Source: Octopus bimaculoides (Eukaryota). Taken from it: 50,527 bases of DNA. The DNA lies in assembly GCF_001194135.2 (NCBI RefSeq), contig NC_068991.1, positions 21,886,618-21,937,144 of the forward strand, given 5' to 3'. Of the stretch, positions 36,105-48,895 are shown one piece after another. Position 1 is the first letter of the stretch. Every line of letters starts with the position of its first letter. A program made the position numbers and the translations under genes. The notes under the pieces were generated by a model. That model saw only the letters and a list, made by a program, of their open reading frames with translations. It did no database searches and was not told the DNA's origin.

Positions 36105-36680
36105 TGCCCGGATGCAGTACCAAGCAGTGGTTCTCATGGCTTTTGATCTTAATTGATTGGAAGTGTTATCATGTACATTGTTTTGTCTTGGTATAAAAGA
36201 TGGGCTACAGCAAATATTCTGCTCAATACCACAGATTTGCTTGTCAGATGTTTGACCGTAACCAGTTGAGCATGTTCCTTGGTGGCTGACGATATGTGCA
36301 TCTCTGATCATGAGCATAAGTAGTGGGGGAGCATCATAGCCATGTGTTAAGAGGAATTCTTTGGGATCTGAATAATTCACCTTTGGAAACATGGGTGTTT
36401 TTCTCAACATCCTTAAATAAACCTTATTCAGGGACCTTTTGAGTGGGATGGGCTACTCGACCTGAAGAAAATTCTAACTGAGCCCCACCTGCAAGGTCAT
36501 GCGCTGTTTATCTTGATATGAGATCACCATGTCACGCACATATGGTTGTGATGCATGTGCCTGGTGTACCCTTATCAGACGGGTAGTCATGATATATTGG
36601 GCATCGTATATTGGGCATCGTATATTTTACCCCAGTGTCACTTTGATGGCTTGCACCGCTTTCTCACTCAATAATAATAA
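36105..36680 (+). mobile_element. Unclassified interspersed repeat of about 570 bp between (AAT)n tracts
   Basis: Higher GC than the flanks, an (AAT)n tail and no coherent ORF. Single copy in this window, so repeat status is inferred. Confidence 0.4.
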
Positions 36681-37277
36681 AAATAGTAATAAATTGATTA
36701 AAGTTTTAAAAAGGAAATTAATTAAATTAATTACAGGTCATGTTGATTAAAATATATGACTTGATGAGATCGTTTTCGTAATGATACTTGCTCTCCGCAA
36801 TCAAAGTTAGAAAACACTGCTTTAATCTGTGTAATCAGATCTTAGTAAAGTTGAAACTCTCATATGAAGTGGTTTTAAAGATTGTTGTAGAACATTTTGT
36901 ATGCCTCACACCAAATAATTACCCCATTATAAATAACTCAAGTAACAATAGTAACAAGATGGATGGGATGTATTGAACTACCTATTCACTGATCAAGAGT
37001 TCAAATGCCTTACAAGAGTTTTGTTCTGTTTCTAGAGCAAAACATTCTATTATGCTGTTTCATTTCACCTTACTGGCAACAATAGGTATTAAATTACTCG
37101 TTAAGTGATACCATGTTATGAAGTTTAGTATTCTATACAACAGAAAAATATTTATTTTTGATGTTTAGTCTTCATTACCTTCATCTTTCTTTCTCTCTCT
37201 CTCTCTCTCTCTCATATCCCCTTCTTCACATACCTTCCACCCTTAAATTTGTTAGATACCACTAGATCCCCCTATAC

Positions 37278-37331
<54 letters not shown>

Positions 37332-37929
37332 CTAACCCCTGATACTACCCTTTCCTTCCCTCTTGCTCTCCCACACTCCTTATCTCAACTTTTTTACTCT
37401 CCTCCGCCACCACTCTCACAATAAATTTGTTCTTCCCCATTATATTTAACATTCTCATTAACTTCACCTAATATCATCTCTCTCTCTCTTTCTCCCCCCT
37501 TCCCNNNNNNNNNNNNNNNNNNNNNNNNNNNNNNNNNNNNNNNNNNNNNNNNNNNNNNNNNNNNNNNNNNNNNNNNNNNNNNNNNNNNNNNNNNNNNNNN
37601 NNNNNNNNNNNNNNNNNNNNNNNNNNNNNNNNNNNNNNNNNNNNNNNNNNNNNNNNNNNNNNNNNNNNNNNNNNNNNNNNNNNNNNNNNNNNNNNNNNNN
37701 NNNNNNNNNNNNNNNNNNNNNNNNNNNNNNNNNNNNNNNNNNNNNNNNNNNNNNNNNNNNNNNNNNNNNNNNNNNNNNNNNNNNNNNNNNNNNNNNNNNN
37801 NNNNNNNNNNNNNNNNNNNNNNNNNNNNNNNNNNNNNNNNNNNNNNNNNNNNNNNNNNNNNNNNNNNNNNNNNNNNNNNNNNNNNNNNNNNNNNNNNNNN
37901 NNNNNNNNNNNNNNNNNNNNNNNNNNNAT

Positions 37930-38158
37930 GTGTGTGTGTGTGTGTGTGTGTTTGTGTGTATGTGTTTGTCCTCCTAGCATTGCTTGACAACCGATGCTGG
38001 TGTGTTTATGTCCCCGTAACTTAGCGGTTCGGCAAAAAGAGACTGATAGAATAAGTACTAGGCTTACAAAGAATAAGTCCCGGGGTCGATTTGCTCGACT
38101 AAAAAGGTGGTGCTCCAGCATGGCCGCAGTCAAATGAATGAAACAAGTAAAAGAGTAA
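37930..38158 (+). mobile_element. 3' half of a family-A SINE adjoining a gap
   Basis: Matches 38960-39168. Confidence 0.8.
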
Positions 38159-38765
38159 GTTTTGTGATACTAACTTACTCCTTTAAAGTGATCTAAATTA
38201 AAAGCTTCCATCAAAATTTCATGTTTTAAACACCAACTTAATAATGACAGTGCTATTATACTAAGTTCTTTATTATTTTCAAAATTAATTGATACAAAGA
38301 TAGTGTATCTCAAGAGAAATATGGTACCAAAAGAGTTAAAGTGAGCTAAATTTTAAAGCTTCCATCAAAATTACATGTAAATTTATATTTCAAACATAAG
38401 CTTAATGACAACATTATACTAAACAGAAGAATTTGGTATAAAAGGAATTAAATGTAGTGTGCAAAGAGAGAGGAATTACTGTCTTAGTACAAAAATGTAA
38501 TGCACATGGAAGATAACATATATGTAAAGAAGTACCAGGAGATCCAAGTAGGAAGGAATTAAAGTATGAAAAAAAAACAATGCTGAATCTCATAAAGCAG
38601 ACGATGAGGAGGTGGAGGATGGGAGGAGGAGGTGGAGGATGGGAGGAGGAGGAAAGGGTAACGGTGATGATGATGATGATGTTACCTATACAAACATAAG
38701 GAAAAATTAACATGAAGACAGTGGCAGCAGCAATGATGACAATGATAGTGAATTATTAGTTTATA

Positions 38766-39168
38766 GGCACAGGAGTGTCTGTGTGGTAAGTAGCTCGCTT
38801 ACCAACCACATGGTTCCGGGTTCAGTCCCACTGCGTGACACCTTGGGCAAATGTCTTCTACTATAGCCTCGGGCCGACCAAAGCCTTGTGAGTGGATTTG
38901 GTAGACGGAAACTGAAAGAAGCCTGTCGTATATATGTATATATGTATGTGTATATGTTTGTGTGTCTGTGTCTGTGTCCCCAACATCGCTTGACAACCGA
39001 TGCTGGTGTGTTTACGTCCCTGTAACTTAGCGGTTCGGCAAAAACAGACCGATAGAATAAGTACTAGGCTTCCAAAGAATAAGTCCTGCAGTCGATTGGC
39101 TCGACTAAAGGTGGTGCTCCAGCATGGCTGCAGTCAAATGACTGAAACAAGTAAAAGAGTAAAAGAGT
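38766..39168 (+). mobile_element. Full-length family-A SINE
   Basis: Same head, body and tail as 10528-10918. Confidence 0.9.
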
Positions 39169-39720
39169 AAGATTTTGAGTTCAAATCTACTGATGCTGAT
39201 GCTGTTTTCATTGTCTCCAGGGAGTTGGTGAAGGAGGACATAATTCTGTAAGCTTCACCAAAGAATAAACACATCTGTTAATAGAATAGAATATTAAGGA
39301 AGGGGATTCTTTTAGATCAGACAATAACCCTACACTTTAGGTTTAGGTTTGATGATTTTTAATGATGTGATGTTTATGTCTTTCCCCAAGTACATGAGAT
39401 GAAACAGTTTTCAGCTGAGAGTTGAAATGCAGTTAGTGGATTCAATATGGCAGAAGCTCACCCCCAGCTCTTAATTTTATTACATCATGACTAAAAACGT
39501 AGACCAGTATGAGACAACAGTAATTCTGGAGGCATATTTGTTTTAATACATTACTCTTCATGAGATGCAGACATTACAGTGTAGTTGAGAAGCTTGCTTC
39601 CCAAGTACGTGGTTTCAGGATCAGTCCAACTACACAGCAACTTGGGAAAGAATCTTCTACTATAGCCCTGTGAGAAATTTTGGTAAACTGAAAGAAGCTC
39701 ATTGTGTGTGTGTATGTCTC

Positions 39721-39779
<59 letters not shown>

Positions 39780-40006
39780 NNNNNNNNNNNNNNNNNNNNN
39801 NNNNNNNNNNNNNNNNNNNNNNNNNNNNNNNNNNNNNNNNNNNNNNNNNATACACATATATACACAGAGAGAGAGAAACATACATACATACATCTCCCCT
39901 TCTTCCTAGCTCCCCTGTGACACCTCTGTCTGACATTCGCCATGATAGATCGCTAGCCACTATATCTTTTTCTATTTTCTCTCCCTGTTTATTTCTGTGT
40001 TCCATT

Positions 40007-40034
40007 CTGTCGAAGAGCACAGGCTCGAAACAGA
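40007..40034 (+). ncRNA. Degenerate hammerhead-like core (CUGUCGA-A-GAGC-acag-GCUC-GAAAC) in a probable Penelope-derived fragment
   Basis: Perfect 4-bp stem II between CUGANGA-like and GAAAC boxes. Position 6 is A>U and the GUH triplet is mutated. Confidence 0.4.
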
Positions 40035-40935
40035 AAAGACTTTCTCATTTCCCAAGCGTTGTAAATAGAGGTGTAAATAGGGGGACATTATGTTGATGAT
40101 GAAGATGATATCTTACACAAAGTGTATTTTGTGGCACAGAAGACACATAGTTTTGTACCTTAAAAATTAACAGGTCTTTCATCATGATATTTGAAAAGTT
40201 GTTGCTGTCATTTCCTTTGGGTTAACTGAAATCAGCTCCTTACAAAGAATGTTATTTCATTACTTAGCAATTAATAACATTTTTTATATTATAAAACATT
40301 TGATTTAACTAATATTGTTGATATAAATACAGTCACAATTACTCAGTAAATATTAAAAAATGGCTTTTTAAAAATTCTTCTGGAGCTGCACTGCTTTTGT
40401 TGTTGTGCTATCTGTTTACTAATGGCAATGGTGCAGCTGTACCTTCTATTGAGAAATAGTGAAAGGTTAGTTTCTTGTCTCAATGAACATGGAATTTTTC
40501 GTTTTGTTCACAGATGAGTGTCCAGAACTATGTTCATTTGCCACTAGGACTTCACTGGTGTACGAAGCCATTTTTAGCGCCGATTAACAGTGGTACAATC
40601 ACCACAGTATGTTGCATATATAATCACAGGGCAGTTAAAACAAAGAGCATAGTGCTGTATAATACAATAATGCTCAGAAGCAAACCACCAGGTAGGTGGC
40701 CATTGTGTGATGATTTCACTCAACAATGAGCATGCCACTGGTTTGTCTGCTAATTATGTTTGACTGCATGGATAGGGGCTTTGGTAAGTATAAAATGCTT
40801 TTATTACTTCCTAAAATGACAATTCCAAAATCTGAGAGCATCCTCTGAAATACAGTATGTACCATGTCACAAAATATAGAATTACTTTTGAACATTACAA
40901 AACAGTTCAGTTAGAATCTATCTTTGTTTTGACAG

Positions 40936-41009
40936 AATTTGGAACAGTGACACCAAGAGTTCACCTAAATATTCCTATGAAGGAAATTATTGGTGTAAAT
41001 TGGAGCACA
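40936..41009 (+). CDS. Candidate plus-strand exon (phase 1-0): (E)FGTVTPRVHLNIPMKEIIGVNWST
   Basis: Acceptor tctatctttgttttgacAG|, donor ACA|gtaaga, open frame. The upstream segment 40514-40691 ends CAG|gtaggt in a compatible phase. No recognisable domain. Confidence 0.35.
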
Positions 41010-41417
41010 GTAAGAATTCTTGTTTTTGTTATTGTGGTTGTGGTTGTTAAATAGCCTCTGCTTTACCGATGAGATGATAGTAAACTAGAAGCATATGATG
41101 GATAAATAATGACATAATGATAGCATAATGTTGGATGATAGTTGCTGATAAAACAAAATGCTAGTATGATATTTCTAGCCACTGCTACACATTCAATCTT
41201 TATTGCAAAGGCAAGCTAGCTAAAGCATTTTTATCCTTTTTTTTAATTAATTTAACAAGACTAATTTTTGTTGAAATTGTTAAAAATTAAATACAGTGAC
41301 ATTAAACTCTGTGAACATAACTGAAACAGCATTAAAATAAAACAGCCACCTGATGTTGCTGAGAATTTTGTCTGAGAGATCTCTTTGTAAATGTAATGTT
41401 AAAAACACAACACATAC

Positions 41418-41459
<42 letters not shown>

Positions 41460-42304
41460 AATATATATATATATATATAAGTGAAACAAAGATAATTTCA
41501 ATAGTGAGTCATGTGAGAATTAGAAATATTTCACACTTCAAGGGGCTTATCAATAACATTTGTTACATATGCCTGAATGAAATAATACATAAGAAACAGT
41601 AAATACTACATTCATTGATCTTGCAGAGTGTCCCATAGGCTGTAAAAAGATTCAGTGAACACAACTGTAGCAGCACTAAAATAAAACAACCAATTGCATA
41701 TTACACAAAATATATGTATCGTTCATTTAAAGTGCTGGTCACTTAAAGTAGAGGGAAGTTGTGGAAGAGGGAGACCCAGGAAGACATGGGACAAAGTACT
41801 GAAGGCTGATCTCAAACACTGAACCTTATGAAGGATATGACAGAGGACTAAGATATGTGGTGCACAGCTGTACTCAAAAAGACCCACCCACAACAACAAA
41901 ATTGATATCCTAAAACCAAGGTGTAACGTTAAAAACATTGGTGAGGGTGCTGGTGCCACATAAAAAGGCACTGGTGATGGTGCCACGTAAAAAGCATCCA
42001 GGACACACTGTAAAGTGCTTGGTGTTAGGAAGGGCATCCAACTATAGAAACCAAGCCAAAACAGACTATGGAACTTGGTGCAGCCCTTGGCCTTGCCTGT
42101 TCCTATCAAGTCATCCAACCAAAGTCAGCATGGAAAATGGACATTAAATGATGATGATGATTGATGACATCATACACCATGGAAAGGTATGTTGCCAAGG
42201 GTTTTATTTGATGGGATATCTTGATATGTTCTATATTTAAGAGATGAGGAATTATGTACATTATTTACATTTGACGGATATTTGTCCTCATTTTCTTTGT
42301 TGTT

Positions 42305-42350
42305 AATACAATGTTTCGGCTGATATACCCTCCAGTCTTCTTCAGGTACA
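42305..42350 (-). ncRNA. Type I minimal hammerhead ribozyme motif, left arm (degenerate)
   Basis: UGUAC-CUGAAGA-A-GACUG-gaggguauau-CAGCC-GAAA-CA-UU/GUAUU. Confidence 0.6.
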
Positions 42351-42602
42351 TTGGGGAAATTTCAAACCTGGGTTCCCATTCCTAAGGTATTTTTCGATGT
42401 TATTATTATTCACTACTTGGAATTGAACACGGAAACCACTACGCCATATGCCCATGGGCATATGGCGTAGTAGTTAAGAGCGCGGGTTACTAACCCCAAG
42501 ATTCCAAGTTCGATTCCAAGCAGAGACCTGAACAATAACAATAATAATAATAACATTGAAAAATACCTTAGGAATGAGAACCCAGGTTTAAAATTTCCCC
42601 AA

Positions 42603-42648
42603 GACACCTGAAGAAGGCTGGAGGGTATATCAGCAGAAAAGTTGTGTT
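42603..42648 (+). ncRNA. Type I minimal hammerhead ribozyme motif, right arm (degenerate)
   Basis: GACAC-CUGAAGA-A-GGCUG-gaggguauau-CAGCA-GAAA-AG-UU/GUGUU; stem I GACAC pairs with GUGUU. Confidence 0.6.
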
Positions 42649-43145
42649 AACAACAAACAAGATGAGGACAAATATCCGTTGAATGTAAATAATGTATCTT
42701 GATATGTGTTATGTTAAAAACATAACATATATCAAATCAAAATGAACATTTTTCACAACAGTGACTCATGGGAACATTAGACATGTTTCATCCCTCTTGG
42801 GGCTTAGTCAATAATATATGCCCATTTGTCACATGCCTGAACTAAGTTCCAGCCTTGTTACATAAGAAACAGTGAATAATACATCCCCAGATATCACAGA
42901 ATGCCTTAAAAAACCATCCTCACCATTTTTTTTTCCTGACATAATATATCTAGGACTACACAATTCAGCTGTTTCATAAGGAATAAACTTATTCTTAATG
43001 AAACAGTTGTTTAAAATAAAGAAATTATGATCTATGCATGGAATTTAAGTTCTTCTGCCTAAAATACTGGGTTTAATTTATTCACTTAACTTTCTTGAAA
43101 GCAGTGGTCTAGCATGGCCATAGTCTAGTACCTGAAACAAGATAG

Positions 43146-44225
43146 GTGCAGGCGTGGCTGTGTGGTAAGAAGCTTGCTTCCCAACCACATCATTCTGGGT
43201 TCAGTTCCATTTCATGACTCTTTGGGCAAGTGTCTCCTACTTATAGCCTCAGGGTGACTAAAGTCTTGTGAGTGGATTTGGTAGATGGAAACTGAAAGAA
43301 AACTGTTGTATGTATCTGTGTGGGTGTGTGTCTGCGTGTGTCCCCCCATCATCGCTTAACAACTGATGTTCGTATGTTTATGTCCCTGTAACTTAGCAGT
43401 TCAACAAAAGAGACTGATAGAATAAGTACTAGGCTTATAAAGAATAAGTCCTGGGGTGTATTTCTTCGACTAAAAAACTCTTTAAGGCAGTGCTCCAGCA
43501 TGGCTGCAGTCAAAAATGACTGAAACAAGAATTTATGTATATGACAATCCCTTGTCATATCGCAGTTCACCTATCGCGGTTTATTATTTAAGCTTATATT
43601 GATTCCTCCATGATGTTGTTTTGCATTTATACTAAAATAAATATATACAAATTATAAAAATAATTTTTAAAATATACAACACAGCACTGTTTCTATTTTG
43701 TGGATTTTCACTTATCATGGGGGTGGGGGGGAAAATAACACCCATGATAGTTGAGGGATTACTGTATATATATATATATATATATATGCATAGGAGTGGC
43801 TGTGTGGTAAGTAGCTTGCTTACCAACCACATGGATCTGGGTTCAGTTCCACTGCATGGAACCTTGGGCAAGTGTCTTCTACTATAGCCTTGGGCTGACC
43901 AAAGACTCGTGAGTAGATTTGGTAGGCAGAAACTGAAAGAAGCCTGTCGTGTGTGTGTGTGTGTGTGTGTGTATGGGTGTGTGTGTGTGATTGTGTGTGA
44001 TTGTATGTGTGCGTGTGTGTATGTTTGTGTGTCTGTGTTTGTCCCCCACCACTATCACTTCACAACCGATGTTGATGTATTTACTTCCCCATCACTTAGC
44101 GGTTCAGCAAAAGAGACCAATAGAATAAGTACTAGACTTACAAAGATTAAGTTCTGGAGTGGATTTGTTCAACTAAAGGTGGTGCTCCATCATATGGCTG
44201 CAGTCAAATGACTGAACAAATAAAC
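43146..44225 (+). mobile_element. Two family-A SINE copies (43146-43530, 43790-44225)
   Basis: Family-A head, body and tail in each copy. Confidence 0.8.
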
Positions 44226-47200
44226 GAATATATATATATATACACATACACACATATTCATGTGCCACATCTGTTTCACAGGCATTGACAATTACAACCT
44301 TTCATGCCAAAGTCTGAATATTCATGAGCGTGGTTTAATGTCTTGTTTCTTTTGCTAAACTCAAAAGTTATGCTGTTTCACTATGATTCCGGATTTAAAC
44401 ATACTGAGATCCTGAAAGGCATAGAAAGCTTGGAGGTACTTTGTTAAAATATAATACACCAGAAGATCTCAAAAAAACTGCAAACAAATAAGGCCTTTAA
44501 AGTATTTTGAAGCCCTCTATGGATTGTAAGACTCTAAACTGTGGCTTATTTAGCTTATACTTAAATCCAGGATTGTATTTCATCATGAAATAAAAATATT
44601 TTATTCATGTAAAATTAGGAAAATACCCCATGACTGAACTGAGAAGCATTTGCAATTATGAACAAATTAATAGTAGACACACCAACAAAGGATCCACTGT
44701 ATTTAGGAAGGGAAACTCTTTGCTTTTGGGGTGAAATATCACCTGCAGTCAAATTTGAAAGTGCCCACTGATGAAGTCACTAAAAATCCATGTAAAACTT
44801 TGAGCTTTTCATTACCATAGGACTGCACCTAGAAGGTTACCCTCTGAGGCAAAAGTCTGGGGAAGGTTGTTTATGGAAGACCAGCAGTCACCCATGCAAA
44901 CCAGCCTCCCTATCTGTGCCACTGATGTTATCCAAGGGAAAGGCTGGCACCAGTGATGCTATAACTTTCTACAGCTGAATGAAAAGTGTCTTGCTCAAGA
45001 ACACAACACAGAGCCTGGTCCAGAAATCGACACTGCCTTTGTTTAAATTGATTTTGAAAACAACAAAGAATTTAGTAAAAATAACTTAGTGATTATTAAG
45101 CTGGTGTCTGGAAGAAACACCAAGAAATTTCAAAGAACAAGAAATGTTGGTTTCAAATTTTGGCAAAAGGCCAGCAGTTTCAGGGAAGTGGGTATATCAA
45201 TTTCAACAACCCCAATACTCAACCGGTACTTTACTTTATAAATCTCAAAAGGTTGGAAGGCAAAGTTGGCCTTGGCAGTATTTGAACTCAGAACATAAAG
45301 ACAGATGAAATGCCACTAAGCATTTTGCCCAGCATGCTAACAATTCTGCCAGTTCACCACCTTAATGGAATAAGAAATATTAATGGTATTTTTGGTTTAG
45401 ACCATTTTAAAATAGGAAGTTTGTATCATACAATCAAGAGAAGTCTCAGGGGGTTGGTATCAAATTGGCTAAGAAAACTATTTTAATCCTTAAAATTAAA
45501 GGAAACTATTTTAATCCTTAAAACCCAAATAGTAAGTTACAGGCCTATGAGTTAGTAAAATTAATGATTCGTTATTTTTCTCAGTACAGATGTGCCACGA
45601 GAGATTTTCGTGCTCTTACAATTCACCCTAATACTAAAAGGGTGTTCTTCATAGTTCGTTCACTTGCTAAAACTAGCAGCTAAATTTCCCTCAAATCATA
45701 TCCTACTAATTCAAAAAATAAAAATGCAGGCACACGTTAGATAACAAACAAGTACAGAACAACCAGCTGTCCATCAAGAGTATGACCCGGTAGCATTTTA
45801 CCATGCTTTTACTAATTGTTTTAGGGTCCTGTTTAGTTACAGACATAGACACACACTTGGCCCTCCACGTTCACCATGACCCATCAATACAGCNNNNNNN
45901 NNNGGGGGGGGGGGGCTTCACCAGCACTCAGCTGGTACTCATTTACAACTAAATAGATAAGAATAAAATTAAATGAAGTGCCTTGTTCAAGGACAGAATG
46001 AGCTGCCCAGTCCAGGAATTGAACCCATGATGGCAAGTCAAATACCTTAACCACTAGGCCATGCACCTTCAAAGGGATGATATAGTGCTAGATATAAAAT
46101 GTCTGGGGGCAAAAAATGAAAAAGAATCAGATGATCATGGTAAGGATACATATTTGACTGCTTAATTAGGGTTGATTTTGGCCTAGACAACCATAACAAC
46201 AATAATGATTACTAAGACACTGGTTTGGGATCCCTGCCAAATAATTATATCTGCTCATTGGCTTCTGGATGGGGATGGAGGACTGTTCCATTGTTTAAGG
46301 GGAGGGAAGACAAGTCCATCGACAACTATTATAACTACTTTTTCCTAGTTCTATTTCATCCAACAAAGTACACCATCATCCCTTGCCTACCAGTACACAC
46401 ATCACAACAGAGATATCATGTGACCTACAGACAAACTTTTTGAAATGTCAAACGTCTCAAAAGCTAGATTTTGGTGGTGATAAACTCTGTGAGAATTTAA
46501 GAGACAAGGCAGCAGAGCTTTTTCTATAAAAAAATATACTAATTGAAAATTTTGTTCTGTAAACACTTAATGATAACCATAGGGATCGATAATTGGGTCC
46601 TCAGACCTACTAATGCAATAAACAATAAACGTATTGAAATTGTTCTGAATAAAGGAGATGTTTGGAGGAGTCATCATTTTCAATTAGACAAACATACCAA
46701 AACTAATACAGTCTGTCTCATGATTACATCTACTGTTTTTATTCCCAGCTAGAGAGAACCATTTTCATTCTGGCACCAAGCTAACTGTAAAGTTTAGAAA
46801 ACTCGTTAAAAGTGGGACAAACACCGCTGGTAGAATTAGGTTTTCTCAAGACTATTAAAAGCTTATTGCATCATTTACGCATGCACGCACACACACACAC
46901 ACATACATACATTCGTATATCGGTTCAACTATCAGCGTTTGGGCCATGCAGCATCACAAGTTCCTGTTGTTTTTTGTTTTCAGTGTTTCATTTTGTTTTG
47001 CTGTTTTCATGGTTACTGCGACTGTTGTTTACCTTCACATCAGTCCCAGACCAACAGCTAGACATATGTTCAAAGATGTCCCAGCTGTTACCATCACATC
47101 TTTTAAATCAGTATATCCAAAGCCACATTATCCAATGCATCCTTCCATTTTCAAGACAGCAGGGTGTGGTTTCAGAGAAATCTGACTGATATTTCCAGCA

Positions 47201-48424
47201 CATTGAATGACCCTGATAGAGGTTCTCCTATGGATGGATTTTGTTGTTGTGTGTATGTGTGTGTGTTGCTGTTGAACCCCTGGTCGGGTAAACCTATGGG
47301 TCCACAATGTTCCAGCATTGACCATCTCACTTTTTCACAAAGATATATAAAGTCAATAACATCTAAAATATATTTTCCTTTAATGAGGCAGTACAGTGTG
47401 TCCAGGTGAGTTTTAGGCTGCTATTTCAATCTTGTTGACTCACCCATGCAATGTTTATATTTAAAAAATAACACCAAGGGAACTTGTAGTGGTCTATATC
47501 AACAAATATTATACAGACAAGATCAATAAGTTTACATAATGCTGCCATGGAAAGTAAAGGAATTTGTAATCCCTCCTCTCCATGCTCAGTACTTAAAGTG
47601 ATGAAATTCACTGTTTTGATTATTGATGTAGTGGGTAAAGTTGTTAAATAACATGGTATACTGTCTAAACCCAAGAACAAAATTAAGTCAACAGCCCTGT
47701 GATAAAAAAAAAATACTCCAGATATGATCAGCTTGTCTTAGCTCTGTGCAGCTATAAGTTTCGTAGGCTCATAAAATAAATGAATTTCATCAGACATACA
47801 ACCAAACCTTTTGTTTATTCACTCACTCGTATGCCTATGCATATATCTACACACACACAACACACGTATATTTGAGTCTGTTTTATCTTGAGACAGCTTG
47901 TCAACAGAACACACGCATTGACAAAATGACTCTACCAAGATACACCACCTGTTTTAATACAAGATATCACATCAAGAATCTAGCAAAACAAATGCAAGAA
48001 CCACGTGCATGGGGTAAGAGCTTCGTAAGAAATTTGGTAAAGTGTAACACTTTAGGGACAGGAACAAAAGGAATGGATCCAGCAGGTAGTTATGGGCCCG
48101 TTTTTGATTGTCGGATTTTCGGAGCGATCTAGGAGTTGAACTGAGTTCTCATAGGACTACATTCTCCAGCGGACCACATTTTTAAGACATGGTATGATTT
48201 GAGAGAGATTTTGTTGCCATTTTTAGCAGATCGGTTCCTAACAACGGCAAACACTATCAGGGTACCTGAGACAGCAGACCCCGAACTAAATGCGTTACGG
48301 TATTGCTGTGAATTAGTTCAAACCTAGCCCACGTTAAAGTATGAACACCTGAGGGGTTAGTCAACTACCCACAAAAGTTAAAAGAACCAAATAACGACAC
48401 ACATACACATAACAGCGACGTGTG

Positions 48425-48550
48425 AAGCTTGCTTCCCAATCATGTGGTTTCGGGTTCAAACCCACTGCACGGCAACTTGGGCACGAGTCTTCTACTATAC
48501 CCCGAGTCAACCAAAACCTTCTTTGGGAGACGAAAACTGAAAGCAAGTCG

Positions 48551-48586
<36 letters not shown>

Positions 48587-48860
48587 TATATATACATATA
48601 CATACATATACACATACACACAAATATATATACATGGATACAAACAGATATATGTATACGTGTATGTGTGTGTGTGTGTGTGACCACTGCTTGACAACCA
48701 GTCTTGGTTTGTTTACGTCCCCATAACTTAGAGGTTCGACAAAAAAGCCTGACTGAATAAGTACCAGGTTTAAATATGAATACAGGAGTATTTGCTCGAC
48801 TAAACGCTTCAAGGCAGTGCCCCAGCATAGCCGCAGTCCAAAGACTGAAACAAGTGAAAG
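48425..48860 (+). mobile_element. Family-A-like SINE, diverged
   Basis: gaagcttgcttccc...ggttcaaacccactgc...gactgaaacaag. Confidence 0.75.
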
Positions 48861-48862
48861 AA

Positions 48863-48895
<33 letters not shown>

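Larger units (their letters stand above)
42230..42694. mobile_element. Head-to-head palindromic dimer of a tRNA-headed, hammerhead-bearing element, bounded by a 13-bp direct repeat
   Basis: Palindrome axis at 42454/42455 (gccatatgccca|tgggcatatggc). The arms are reverse complements over about 170 bp. tatcttgatatgt occurs at 42217-42229 and 42695-42707. Confidence 0.85.

Noticed and set aside
46946-47409. TM-like ORF (FLLFFVFSVSFCFAVFMVTATVVYL) and a CAG|gtgagt donor at 47405
   Set aside because: The hydrophobic part derives largely from T-rich pyrimidine tract, several frames are open, and it includes TG microsatellite; no coherent model.
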